Shown here one piece after another: positions 49,048 to 60,688 of a stretch of DNA of 64,000 nt. Source of the stretch: Dicyema japonicum (Eukaryota > Animalia > Dicyemida); assembly GCA_011109175.1 (NCBI GenBank), contig RDEW01000036.1, positions 251,583 to 315,582 on the forward strand. The letters are read 5' to 3'. The position numbers were made by a program, and so were the translations under genes. Under the pieces are notes generated by a model. The model was not told the DNA's origin and did not search any database. It was given only the letters and a program-made list of their open reading frames with translations. Position 1 is the first letter of the stretch. Every line of letters begins with the position of its first letter.

Positions 49048-51038
49048 TTATTATTATTATTACAGCACTTATCGCCTTGCCATAATAGTTATAGCAAAGC
49101 ATGTGCAATACAAGAAACAATGTTATTAGTTAGCCTCTTCCATCCTCCACGGTTACACGCAGTCGATCTCAGCATGTCCAGATCGTCTCCCGTCTTTAGG
49201 CATTTCTTCATCCTTTGGAGGTCTTTGTGCAGCATGATAGGTAGGGTCATCCTTGGTCTGCCACGGAAGCATTTGCCCTCGAACATGAAATGGTCCTCCA
49301 TCGCCACATTAGCCGGGGCAGTAAGATCCATGCGTAGTACGTGACCAAACAGTCTCCACCGGGCGTCAGTGATTTCCAGGCTTAGAGGCCTACTCTTGCA
49401 TTTTTTGTAAATACCGGTATTCGAGATTCTGGCTGGCCACTGCATGCCAAATAATACTCTAAGCTGTTTTCTGTGGAACCCATCGAGAGCCATTGATTCC
49501 GCAACTGTACAGGCCCAAGTACCAGCATTGTATGTCAGTATCGGTTTCACAAGTGCATTTTACATGCGTATCCGCAGATTGACATCTAGTCCTTTCAGCC
49601 ATCCCTTTTTGAGTTTTCGCATTGCTACTCCTGCAAGTGTTTTCCTTTTGATGATGTCTTCTGTGTCCCCCAGTAGGGATCCAAGCTTATTAACATGTCG
49701 CCAACGTTCATTAAGGATGTTGTCCATTCTTTTGATTTCCGTGATTTCCGTTTTGGCCCGGTTAACGATGAGGAACCATTCCCCCAGTTTGTCCGGTGCA
49801 TTTTCCAGCAGATGTGTGAGAGCTTCTGTATCCTCGGATATAAAATCCACATCATCCGCGTATACGACTTCGTTTATTTTTCCTTCATAGCAAGTTCTTA
49901 GATCCTTTAGTGCAGCTTCGAGATATATCACAAATAGTAAGGGGGAGAGGGAGTCTCCCTGAGGAGTGCCGATTGTAGTTTTGAATGGTCGGGATAGAGT
50001 TCTCCCAATTCGGACTGACAGTTCAGTACTTGAGAGAAGTACTCTGATTATCCGTAGCAATGATTGGTCCACAAATTGATGAAGGACAACCATTAGCTTG
50101 TGTCGGCTAATGGTGTCGAAAGCTCTTGACATATCGATCCCCAGGATGGTCGTGGCATTTTTGTATCTTTGAGCCGTTGCACACCGCCACCTGTGGCTCC
50201 ACAGAATGTCCGCTGTCGACCTTCCTTCACGAAATCCACTATGGCATGCTGATAGGTAATTTCCTGCAGGATGTTTTAAGCGGTCCAAAGCAACAGATGC
50301 AAGAACTTTTCGTAATGTGTTTAACAATATGACTGGGCGTAGGCTTTCTAGTGGTCCCTTTGGTTTGTTAGGCTTTTGTATAGGTATCAATGTCCCTTTC
50401 CCCAGTGGTAGGACAGAGTTGGATGTAAACATTCCATTTAACAATGTCGCAATGGTTTCGAATAGACGCATAGGTCCATATTTCAGCAGTTCGGGAGGGA
50501 TGTTGTCTGGTCCAGCGCTCCTGTGATTCTTTAGCTTACTGCACGCACTCTGAACTTCCTTAGATGTGATAATTGTTTCCAGCATCCGCGGTTCTCCGAT
50601 GAAAGGGGCCAGTTCTTGGCCGTTCGCATTGAACAGTTTTTCAAAATGGGCAGCAATCAATTCGATCTGTTCGTCTGGTTTTAAGATAAGTTTCCCCTTC
50701 CCATCCATAACATGTACTGTCGCTTTTTTCTTTCCTCGCATTAGTCGGACTGCAGCGAACATTTGTGCATTGTCCTTTAGTTGCTCCAGCTCTCTAAGAT
50801 GTGATAGGAAGACATCCTTCGAGTGTTCATTATTAAGCTTCATGATTCTTCTCTTGATAATATTTCGTTCAGTTCGTAGTTTGTTTTTGATATGTATATC
50901 CGTCGTGTTTAGACTCTGTATCCATATTTCTCGTTGTTGTTTTGCCAGTAATAAGGAGTCTGGATGGCCAAGTGACATATTTCCGGTTGTCTGCCGTCTC
51001 ACTCCAAGGTGGGTGTTTGCGGCAAGGCAAATAATGCT
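49048..51038 (-). mobile_element. RTE LINE, 5'-truncated, young-looking (480-aa open RT)
   Basis: ORF 49560-51002; 12-bp TSD ttagttggaata (49036-49047 and 51039-51050). Confidence 0.93.
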
Positions 51039-51124
51039 TTAGTTGGAATAATTTTAATTAATTTAATTTAATTTAAATAATAAATAATTATATTTAAAAA
51101 ATAATTGTCTTTTAATCCTTGTGG

Positions 51125-51654
51125 ATGCCGGAGAACATTTTCCGATCAAATTCAGGTAACTTTTACACAGTTCCCACTCAACGTCCTGACGGAACATGGC
51201 GTAAATCAGTAAGAGTAAAGGAAGGATACGTTCCCTCGGATCAAGCTCCACGGTATTTTGGATGTTGACCCATAGATATGAGAGTAGGTATAAAAAACAG
51301 GAAAGACTAAAAGTTGAAAGGAACAAAGTACAACCTGGTTCAGAAGAGTACTGCAAGATGCTCAAGGACGAAGAGATCGAGGGACTGTCTGACGCAATGA
51401 GGGACATAAACATTTCACGTGAGGTGATAACACAAAGTACGTTAAATTACCTCGAAAAGCCATTGCAGAATCGTTTCAAAAATCTGTTACAAAAAATCTC
51501 TAATATTGAAAAACTCGAAAAGCTAGACAGGGATTCATTGCTTCCTTCTCAAATCGAGTCCATACACAGAAAGAAGGAGTTCATTAGGGAAACCCAGTCT
51601 ATTAAGGCTCAGGCAATAATGAAAAGAAATGCTGATTTGTTGAATAAATCTTAA
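51125..51654 (+). CDS. PYM1: Partner of Y14 and Mago (exon junction complex disassembly factor)
   Basis: TQRPDGTWRKSVRVKEGYVP signature; 23-nt intron 51253-51275 (APR|YESRY); C-terminal coiled coil NLLQKISNIEKL. Confidence 0.92.
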
Positions 51655-51779
51655 ATTTTAATTTATTTTTTGTTAATATTTGAATGATATTTATTTGAAA
51701 TTCTTGGTTATTTTTTTATAAATGTAATACTGATCGGATAATTATAACTCACGAATAGTGTGTCTATGACTAAACACTC

Positions 51780-52100
51780 GGTTGGAAACGGTATCTGTTC
51801 ATTAACTCATGATATTTCTTCTTAATATCTCTGCAAATTCTATCCATCGAAATAGCCATTTGGAAATTTGTAAACAGATAAAAATTTTTACACTCATATT
51901 TTACAATAGCACGGAAAATTATTGAAAGAATTGTCGAAGAATGCCCAATTTTTAAGTTTTCTATTCCACTTAAAGTATAAAAATACTTATAGGTTTCCGA
52001 TTCTATACCCTGTGATTGCCAAAATACCTAATGAACGATTCCAAGCAGACCGTATAGATGTTAAAAATAATTCCAACAATGGCTATAAATGGAGGGCCTG
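51780..52100 (+). mobile_element. Ginger/KRBA2-like integrase fragment with an 18-nt intron
   Basis: IVEECPIFKFSIPLK|VSDSIPVIAKIPNERFQAD..NNGYKW (needs a 1-nt indel correction). Confidence 0.65.
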
Positions 52101-52394
52101 TCCTGAGCTTCGATTATTTAAAAAACGACGCTGAGTCTCTTCTGGGACCTCCAATACCAGACTTGATGGGCACGTGTTCTCAATTTGGTTAACCGATTGA
52201 TCTGCAGTTCTGCTGATTCGTCAGCCTGCATTTATTTTGCAAGTGTCCTTAATTCGGTTAATCAACTAATATGGTGTTCTGCTGATTCTTCATCAAGCAT
52301 GTGCTTGGGAGACTTGAAATAAGTATTTTATTATTGTATTTGTAAGAATAAAAATATGTTTTATTTTATAAAGTAAAAATTAATAATTAATTAT

Positions 52395-52500
52395 TAACGC
52401 AGCCATCCATTCAAAGAGGTCCCCGCAGACATTATCGACGTTGTGTTGCCTCCACGATTGCAACAGAAATCAACTGGAAAAGCCACCTGGTCTGTAAGAA
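52395..52500 (-). mobile_element. CRE-like 3' fragment
   Basis: TRWLFQLISVAIVEAT / GNTTSIM; same subfamily as 55005 and 63855. Confidence 0.75.
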
Positions 52501-52559
52501 ATGTGTTTAAATTAGCAGTTTAAAAAATCAAATTTTGATTTTTTACCCACGTGGGGTGT

Positions 52560-54150
52560 CTCCCATTGTCCTCCATCTCCGGGATCTTATATTACTGCCT
52601 AGAAATGATTAAAGTGGAAAGTTTCTGAAATTAGCATTTAATGTCACTCCACTTGACAGGATGATATTGATCGATATTTTCAGAAACTCAAATATTTTAT
52701 TTCACTAACTTTTTCGTAGATAGATATTTTCTGCGTGAAGAGAGAAGCACTTCCGACTTCCTGTGTTCTTTGTACGATTTTTTTTGTGTAAATTTTATTA
52801 GATTGTTAACGTCTCGTTGAGTATAGTCATCCTCGGGGGAAGTTTCTTCGCCCTTTGCAACAATTCGGATGGCTTTCTACACTTCTCCGGTACTACGGTT
52901 GCGATTTACCTTTGTAAGAATTTGATTCCACTTCAATTTCTGGGCCTTGAACTCTCTGGCCTTTATTTCGTTGTTTAGAGTTCTGATCAGGAGTTTCGTT
53001 TCTAATGTGATCCAATTAGATTTTTTGAGGTGATTTCTTTCTTTTACCAATGCCGACTTCTCTCGACCATTAAAGGAATTTAGACGATGCTTGGGAATAG
53101 CCAGCCGATCTTTCTTCTAGGATTGTCCAGTAAAGTATTTGATCCCATTTTTTAGCGATTTGAAGCTGTCCAAGTAACAATTCTTCAGTCTATCATCCGA
53201 GATTGCCCGATACAATTCCCAATTAGCAACTTTGTAATTATAATTAGTAGGTGCTTTTCTCACTTTGACTTCGCTCTTGATCTTCATCACAATCGGGTTA
53301 TGATCGCTTCTTGCTTCGTAGGAAGACAAACCAGGTAATTTTCGATGAAAGTGATGTGGAGCAGAGTGTTACGTCGGGAGAGGTAGGCTGATCCGTCTCT
53401 CTGAGTGGGGTCCTTGTATTTTTCGCTGGGTCATTCAGTATCGTTAGGGAGTCCCTTGTCCACAACAATAGCTTCCTTCTCGTGTTGGCCTGTTGGGTTG
53501 ACAACCAGAAGAGGTGCTTTGCGTTTAAATCTCCACATATGATGATCTTTTCGTAGATAGCCAACCTTGATAGGTTTGGAATAACATTGTCCTTTGTGGA
53601 GAAGCCGGGAGGAGGCAAGTTGATATTCACGAAACACAGACTTCCTTTCGTTGTCCCAAACGAGATTCCAATTGCCTCAGTAACCTCGTCGTTTCCAAAA
53701 AGTTTCCTCATTTCCGAAGTAATGTCTCTGCATTTCAGGTTCTTTTTGAATAAAGTAAGTAGTCCGCCCCCTCTTCTCTTTTTACGGTCCATTTTGATAG
53801 CCTCGTATCCAAGGAATGAAGGAGTGGAATCATTCATGCGGAGTTTAGTTTCTTGGATCATAGCCATGTCGATCTTCAGATTTGCCAGGATTGAACGCAG
53901 TTCCTTGACCTTGCCTTTAATTCCGTTGATGTTCAATTGAAGAGCAGTAAATTTCCTTTCTCCACAATGGGCTGAGGATTTTTTCCGGGAATGTTTGGAC
54001 TTTTTTGAAGCACATCGCAAGGGGTCGATAATGACCCCAGGAGGAAAGGGTCTAATGGTCTTTTTCGGGAGGGCATTAGAAGCCCTCTGGTCGTTGTCAA
54101 ATCCTTTTGAATTTTTTGACTTGGTGGGGCACATAACGCCACGATACTTG
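52560..54150 (-). mobile_element. Vingi-like LINE 5' part (APE and linker), no 2A motif seen
   Basis: ORF 53298-54134: LQLNINGI, MIQETKL, RRGGGL, ICGDLNAKH, SPDVTL; then SDHNPI; head gtggcgttatgtg. Confidence 0.85.
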
Positions 54151-54164
54151 AGATTAATAAGTTT

Positions 54165-54250
54165 ATTTAGGGTTTTTGGTTAGGGTTAATGTTTAGGGTT
54201 AGTGTTTAGCGGTTTTGGTTAGGAATTAAGGGTTTTTGTTAGTGTTTAGA
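54165..54250. repeat. Degenerate TTAGGG-like low-complexity tract
   Basis: ttagggtttttggttagggttaatgtttagggttagtg. Confidence 0.6.
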
Positions 54251-54469
54251 GTAAAGTTTCATATATATGGATAAAAGAACAAGGCTTAAATTTAATATTT
54301 GGTAACGTTGTATTTGAGTGACCTATATTTTTTCAAGAAAATAAGAATTAATAAATAATTATATCAGCATATTTAGAGTAACTTTCTCTTTTATATTTGA
54401 ATAAATTTGAATAACATGGTGAGAGCTGGTAAAAGAGCATAATTCCACAAGAAGAAATAATAACCAAAA

Positions 54470-54740
54470 GTCGTGGAAATCGACGAGTCTAAATTCTTCC
54501 ACCGTAAATACCATCGCGGTCAATGGCGGGAAGGTCATTGGGTTCTTGGAGGAATCGAGCGCGGAACAGGGCGCTGTTTTCTCGCAGAGGTTCAAGATAG
54601 GTTTATTTAAAAATATTGAACATTGTAGATCGACGGAAACCTTGAAAGATGTGATTACAAGACACATACTTCCTGGGACGAGGATTATAACCGATGGATG
54701 GCTGGCATATCAGTCAAAAAAATATAGGTCACTCAAATAA
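54470..54740 (+). mobile_element. Merlin/ISXO2 (IS1595-like) transposase fragment with a 28-nt intron
   Basis: VVEIDESKFFHRKYHRG..WVLGGIERGTGRCFLAEVQDR|STETL..ILPGTRIITDGWLAY; intron 54601-54628. Confidence 0.88.
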
Positions 54741-54844
54741 ACATTACCCTTATTGCGTATATTTAAGTTTCTGCTATAGAAAATTTTGTAATTCTATTCT
54801 AAACGTTTTAATTTGATTTCACAATGTATAAAGTCTCTGAAAAC

Positions 54845-54874
54845 GATAATAGCCTTTTCACGAAAGCCACATTA
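54845..54874 (-). mobile_element. 3' tail of the SINE whose body lies at 60403-60673
   Basis: ataatagccttttcacgaaagcca joins taatatctatagctccgc to rebuild the SINE tail consensus. Confidence 0.75.
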
Positions 54875-55004
54875 TGTCGCACGCACTGTGAGCAACCATG
54901 CACAACGCGCAACAAATCATGTGTCAATCAATGTCATATGTCAAACAATATCACGATTAATTACTGAAATAAGATAATCTAGAGATAATTTATTACATGA
55001 GACA

Positions 55005-55120
55005 ACGACGCACGTGAGACCCGGTGGCTACTCCAGTTGATCTCTGTTGCAATCGTGAGAGGCAACGCAACGTCGATAATGTAGGCGGGGTCCACTTTGG
55101 ATGGATGGCAGTTTTAAATA
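55005..55120 (+). mobile_element. CRE-like 3' fragment
   Basis: RETRWLLQLISVAIVRGNATSIM. Confidence 0.8.
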
Positions 55121-55384
55121 TGCTTTACTGGGGATAAATTAACTGATTATTTTTCTAAAATTTGATTAATTTTTCGAAATTTATTACATCCATATTAATT
55201 ATATTTTTTTGACTAAAATATTTTTTTACATCTAACTTCTACACGATTGTTTGATAATAAACTTAAGACTTCTACATTTTCACTGTATGGACTCTCAAAT
55301 TTATTCAGCCTTAGAAAAGGATTAGTTCCTATAATTTCTTAAAACTCGTACCTACATTTAATTATTTAATTTTTTTTTAAACCA

Positions 55385-57170
55385 ATAACAATTTATTGAA
55401 GAATAAAACCAAATAGTTAAAGGCTACTGGCTGCTCTCAGGATTGAGAGCGCATTTCCCCTTACGATCTGTAAGGAGATGCGCTCAATGAGCCAGCCCTT
55501 CTCTCAGACATCCCTCTTCCTTTTAGCACTAACGATCCAATTTTGTAGAGCAGGGCTAACGACCTGCTTCCTATGACTCCCGAAGTTTCAACTGCTACTG
55601 ATTCAAATGTGTACTGCTCGCCGAGGCATGTGTACTTCTTTGCTTTAAGTATTTCTGCTTTCTCTGCAGCTGAGCCTGGATTTGTCGCACTCATTGTAAT
55701 ATTGGAAGGGGAGAAGCTATCTACGCAGGTGGCATCCCAGGCCAGGTACTTCCCAGCATCCCACGGGAACAGAGTCGCCGGCCTTCTGTTTGCCGTGGCA
55801 AGTCCTAGGGGCTCCATCTGGACAGGGAATCCGGCAGCTTCTAGTCCCCACGCAATAACCTTGTTGATTGCACTATGTCTCAGGCTCCTTCCAGCGCTCA
55901 TTCGGCAGGAAAGTGCGTGGAGTCCTTTTGCGTCGACTACTCCTCCACATCTACAGCGATGGATTGCGCAACATCGATTCCGAGGCGGACGCAAACCCCA
56001 ATCCTCGTGGAGTCATCGTCCAGAAAAGTTCCGAGTGAAATGCACGGGAATGCTTTGAGCCATGCACCGCTTACGTTTGTTGATGCGGTAGCCAGACAAG
56101 CCAGACGATGCTGGTCGAGTTGTGGTTTTAGCTCATCGATGGTCCTCGAACATACAAGTTCGTTCCAGTCTCGTTGTTTGTTATAGTTCTTCGGGAGTCC
56201 CAAATTAAGTCCAATCCAAACATCGTGAGCCATGCATGCCATTGGTTCAGTGTCCGATCCGTTAATGTAGCGTAGGGTCTGGTGAACTAGACCACGGGAA
56301 GCATATGTCGAAGACAGAAAGGCTGGGAGGGCGAGTTCAAGTGGCGAGCGTATCACAATTCCTCCATAACGAAGTGGTAACTTGCATTGGGTCCACCCTG
56401 CTTTATCCAGAGAGATGTTAAGTGTTTCTTCAACAGAGGTCCTCAGCTTCTCATCGATAACTCTCAAGAAATCCATGTCTGTGAAACATGGGGATGTCCG
56501 TAGAAAAAAAAGGAGTCGTGGTGTAAGGTGAAAATTCTTGAGGATGAAGAGAGAAATGTGGGATCCAATGCCTTTAGATTGTGCGTGAGCAGCTGCACGG
56601 ATTCACTCTTCTCCTCCAGGACAGTTGACAAGTCATACAGAGGAGATCCGAGGAAAATCGCCTTTTCTAGTCGGGTGACTTTGATGTCCTGGAGGCAAGT
56701 AGAAATGGTCGTTATTGCGCGTTCAAAGGTGTCCTCTCCACAGGTAACGTTAATAACTTCGCACTTCGATGGATTCGGCTCCAGTCCGAGTGCCGCGAGG
56801 GCAGGGATGACGCGTTTAACTTCTTCCACAACAATTTCCCAACTCCCTCCAATGGTCGCGTCATCAAGGTACCATAAGTTCAAGGAGTTTTGATCGCAGA
56901 TGATACACAGTCGATTCCCAAAGCAAAGAGTAGAGGGCTAAGTGGGTCTCCTTGTTGGACTCTAGTCTTGGACTTGATGGCGTGTTGTCCGAAGATCAGC
57001 GTACACGGGGAACCATATGAGAGTCTGACCATCCTGCTGATCTCAGGAATCCTAGAGACACTATCTTCTATGATTCTATCCTTCGGATGCTATTGAATGC
57101 ATTACGTATGTCCAGTTTGACTATAATTGAATCCTGCGCGTCAGGCTGGCAACAAAATTCCGGATTGAAT
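55385..57170 (-). mobile_element. CRE-like REL retrotransposon, 5'-truncated
   Basis: LWYLDDATIGG, GAWLKAF, CRCG..HALSC, WDATCVD, VETSG, ERISLQIVRGN. Confidence 0.88.
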
Positions 57171-57841
57171 GTATTACTGTTATTATTTAATAAAAACTTG
57201 ATCCCCTACGTGTATTTACTATGATGAACATTTATCTTTTTGTTCATTTTCTTAAAATAAGGTGAATTCAAATTTGTTTTTATGAACTTAAGTTGAAAGT
57301 TTTCTAATTTTAAAATCATTTTTGTAACCCATTTCACAAACAGACTTTGTAGATTCATTATTTGTTTCTTCTAACGACTCATCGAACGACATCAGTATTT
57401 ACTGTCTCATCGAAAAATCATTCTCCAAATCTATGTAAAAATTTTAAAAATTCAGCCAACCATTATTTAGTTTAACAGTATTAAAACTAGGAATTCCTCT
57501 ATACATCTCAAATGGTGTTCTTCCACTCGACGAATGAACAGTTATGTTATACATATAAGTGGCACTAGGTAACATTTGAATCCAAGATGTTTCAGCGTTT
57601 TTTGCCATCATTTTTGACAGAATCCGTGTAATGGTTTGATTGAATCGTTCTATGATATCTTAAAATATATACAAACAACTAAATACCTTGAGAACGAGGA
57701 TTGTTTGGTCTTTCATTAACTTGTTTAATATTAACTTCATTAGTAAGTGCCCGAATATCAGAATTTTTAAATTCTGTACTATTGTCTGATTGTAATTCAT
57801 GGAATATGCTTTTTTAATTCCATTGAAACCTAAATTAAATA

Positions 57842-59702
57842 CAGTAAACTCTCTCAAATTTGCCATTTTTGGTTCCAGCGAAATTGTGGCAAATTTGAGA
57901 ATTGGCAGATTTCAGAATAAAATTTTATTTGAATTTTTAATTAATTTATTAAAGGATAATTAAACTTTTAAAATTAATAAATTTTATTTTTAAGGAAAAC
58001 AATATTTTTAACCAAAGAAACAAAAATTAATTAAATTTTATTAAAATTATACTTAATTCCCAATTGCCTCTTATTAGAATTTGTAATATTTTCTTTACAT
58101 CTTCTTATAGAAGTAATGAATTAGGCATCATTGTCATTTTCAATGTTTTCTAGAAGATAATTTTCAATCTCTCTTAATTTTAAAAGCATTTCAGCCTTGT
58201 TTATTGACCCATGAACTTATACACTACCGGATTCTTCTTGTTCCTCCATAGCAATTAATTTCTCTTCATCATCAATTGCATCCTTTTCACTGTAATCAAT
58301 TGAAATAAATTCTTCTAATTCAATAGGATCATAAATATCTGTTCTGGATACGATTTCATCGGTTAAATTTATGTTGGTAAGTTCTGATTCGCATTCTGTA
58401 CGTTCTAGACGTTTAAAACAGTTTGAAATTGTTTGGAATTTTTACAAACAATACAGTATCCATGAGATTTAACTTCTTATATGATTCATATACTGAGTTC
58501 TCGCATTCCAATATATCCGTTAAATATAGTAATTTGTGCCTTGTAAAATGAACTTTGAATGATTTGATGATTCCCAGATCCATAGGTTGAATAAGTCCTG
58601 TACTTTGGAATAAACATAATTTTAATATTTTCCAAATAAAGAGGTGGGCAATGAGATAGACAATTATCCATTAATAACAAAATTGATCTTTTTTTCAATT
58701 GATTGTCAAAATTCGTAATCCAATTCGCAAAAATTGATGCTGTCATCCAAGCCCTTTTGGAATTGTAATAAGAAACAAAGGAATTATAATCATAATTCTT
58801 GAAACATCGGGGCATTTTTGGTTTCCCGATCAATAGTGGTTTTAACTTATGTGTTCCTGACATATTGGCGCACAACATGACTGAGACTCTATCTTTAAAA
58901 TTTTTATATCCGTCAAAACGTGATTTACAAATACTCCGAGATTGAATCAATTTATAGAATATTCCTGTCTCATCCAAATTGTAAATATTTTCCGAAGAGT
59001 AACTTTGAAACTTCAAAATCTTTTTAAAATTGATCAATATCCACATGTTTTTCAGTGCGCATTTTTCCGTGTAATTTACGCATTCGAAATCCATGTTTTT
59101 TTTTAAATTTGTCCAAAAACCCGTAAGAATTTTTAAAATTATACAACGAAAGTTCTGTAGCGAAAAATTATGCCTTGTGTAATATTAGAGACTCGTTCAA
59201 TATAGCACATTAAATGTTAGAGTAAATAGTGTACCTTTTGATTCCATTGAATCCATCCAATCTACTAGATTTTCATTAAGCTCCGGGTATTTTAACTTTT
59301 TGCAAGTTTTTAGTTTAGGATTTCTGTTCTTAAACTGAAATAAAAGCGATTCTGCATTCATTAATATTGCATTGACTGTCTTCTTGATATTCTCCTTTTA
59401 AAATAGAAGAAAATCTGTTGCATATCGTCTGACATGAAACTGAATTATTGGTTTCTTTATACCGCTATATATCCACTTTTTGAGCTATTGAAAGTCTGGT
59501 GTAGCCTCCAACAAAAACATTCCGAACCATGCTTGCTTTAAATTATTTAAATTTTTAAAAATATTTTAAAAAATAAATATAATATTTAAAATGTTGGCAA
59601 ATTTCAGAATTGCCAAATATCATTAAAAATAGAACAAATCGATAAAATGGTAAATTTCAGAAATGGCAAATTTAAGAGTGGCATATTTGAGAGAGTTTAC
59701 TG
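57842..59702 (-). mobile_element. pogo/Tigger transposon, both ends intact, apparently intronless
   Basis: 24-bp TIRs cagtaaactctctcaaat(t/a)tgcca, TA TSD; NIYNLDETG, KRAWMT, LLMDNCLSH. Confidence 0.92.
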
Positions 59703-60402
59703 TATATGATTTTAAGCATCTTACTTCAAAACCAGATTTGTTTTTTAATTTTCTTGTTATGACCAACTTTGAATATACATCAATTACAGTGAGCATCCAT
59801 TTGTATTCATCTTGACAGAATAAAATCTTTTCAGATCAATAAGATCTATTTGATTCCTTTCATTTGGTTTTAACGCAATGATATGATGTTCTTCATCACT
59901 TATCTATTTAAATATTACCAAAAAACAAACTTTTAAAGGGGTAGAAAACTTACAGATTTCACAGAATTAATTATTCTACTTATAACATTTCTTTTAATGT
60001 TGAAGTAGTGTTTATTGAGAGATCCTCCATTTTATTCATTCCAAGATGAGCCTGGTTATGGAGTGCTGAGGTCAAATCATCCATCTCATTGTCATTGTCC
60101 ATACAAATGACAAGCTTGTGATTTCCATTCTGATCTTTCAGATATATTTTGTCGTTGATCATCATGAAATTTCTTGCTTTTGGTAGAAGGCAAAATTTAT
60201 TATACCTGTTGGTACTTGAAAATACTTGGTCTTTAATAATAAGTTCGATTATTTCATATTCCTCAAAACATTTTATATAACCTCTGTATGCAGGCATCCT
60301 TAGATTTACGAATATTTTCGCAAAAGTGCTATCGAATGAGATGGCGTGATTCTGACATGACATTGATTGACACATAATTTGTTGCGCGTTGTGCGCGCGA
60401 CA

Positions 60403-60673
60403 TAATATCTATAGCTCCGCATAGATATGACACACACTTTATTTAAGTAAAAAACAGTTCATAGAACCAAGGAATGAATTCACTTCTTTTTTTCTTTTTT
60501 TTGTGTGATTCCTTTCTAGACAATCCAGTTCCGCAGTGAGTATCCACTGATGACAGCGTCACTCGTCAAACCCTTTCTGCATCGTAGATGCGTGGAACCT
60601 TCCACCAGGTAACAGCAGCGAGATTCGAACCCGTAACCTAAACCACTTAAGCCCGACACCTAACCACTATGCC
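60403..60673 (-). mobile_element. tRNA-derived SINE body (tail displaced by the Ginger-like element)
   Basis: A-box ggcatagtgg, B-box ggttcgaatc, shared central domain. Confidence 0.9.
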
Positions 60674-60688
60674 CCACGCGTTAAACTA

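Larger units (their letters stand above)
54875..60402 (-). mobile_element. Ginger-like integrase DNA transposon with nested insertions and a 27-nt intron
   Basis: TIRs start TGTCGC at 54875 and 60402 (shared gcacaacgcgcaacaaat.atgtgtcaatcaatgtcat). HNQAHLG..CEIC zinc domain, ERNQIDLID..YKWMLTVIDVYSK, LQSDNSTEF. Confidence 0.8.

Noticed and set aside
54165-54250. TTAGGG-like tracts (also 9171-9462) as telomeres
   Set aside because: They are short, degenerate, interstitial and associated with TEs.
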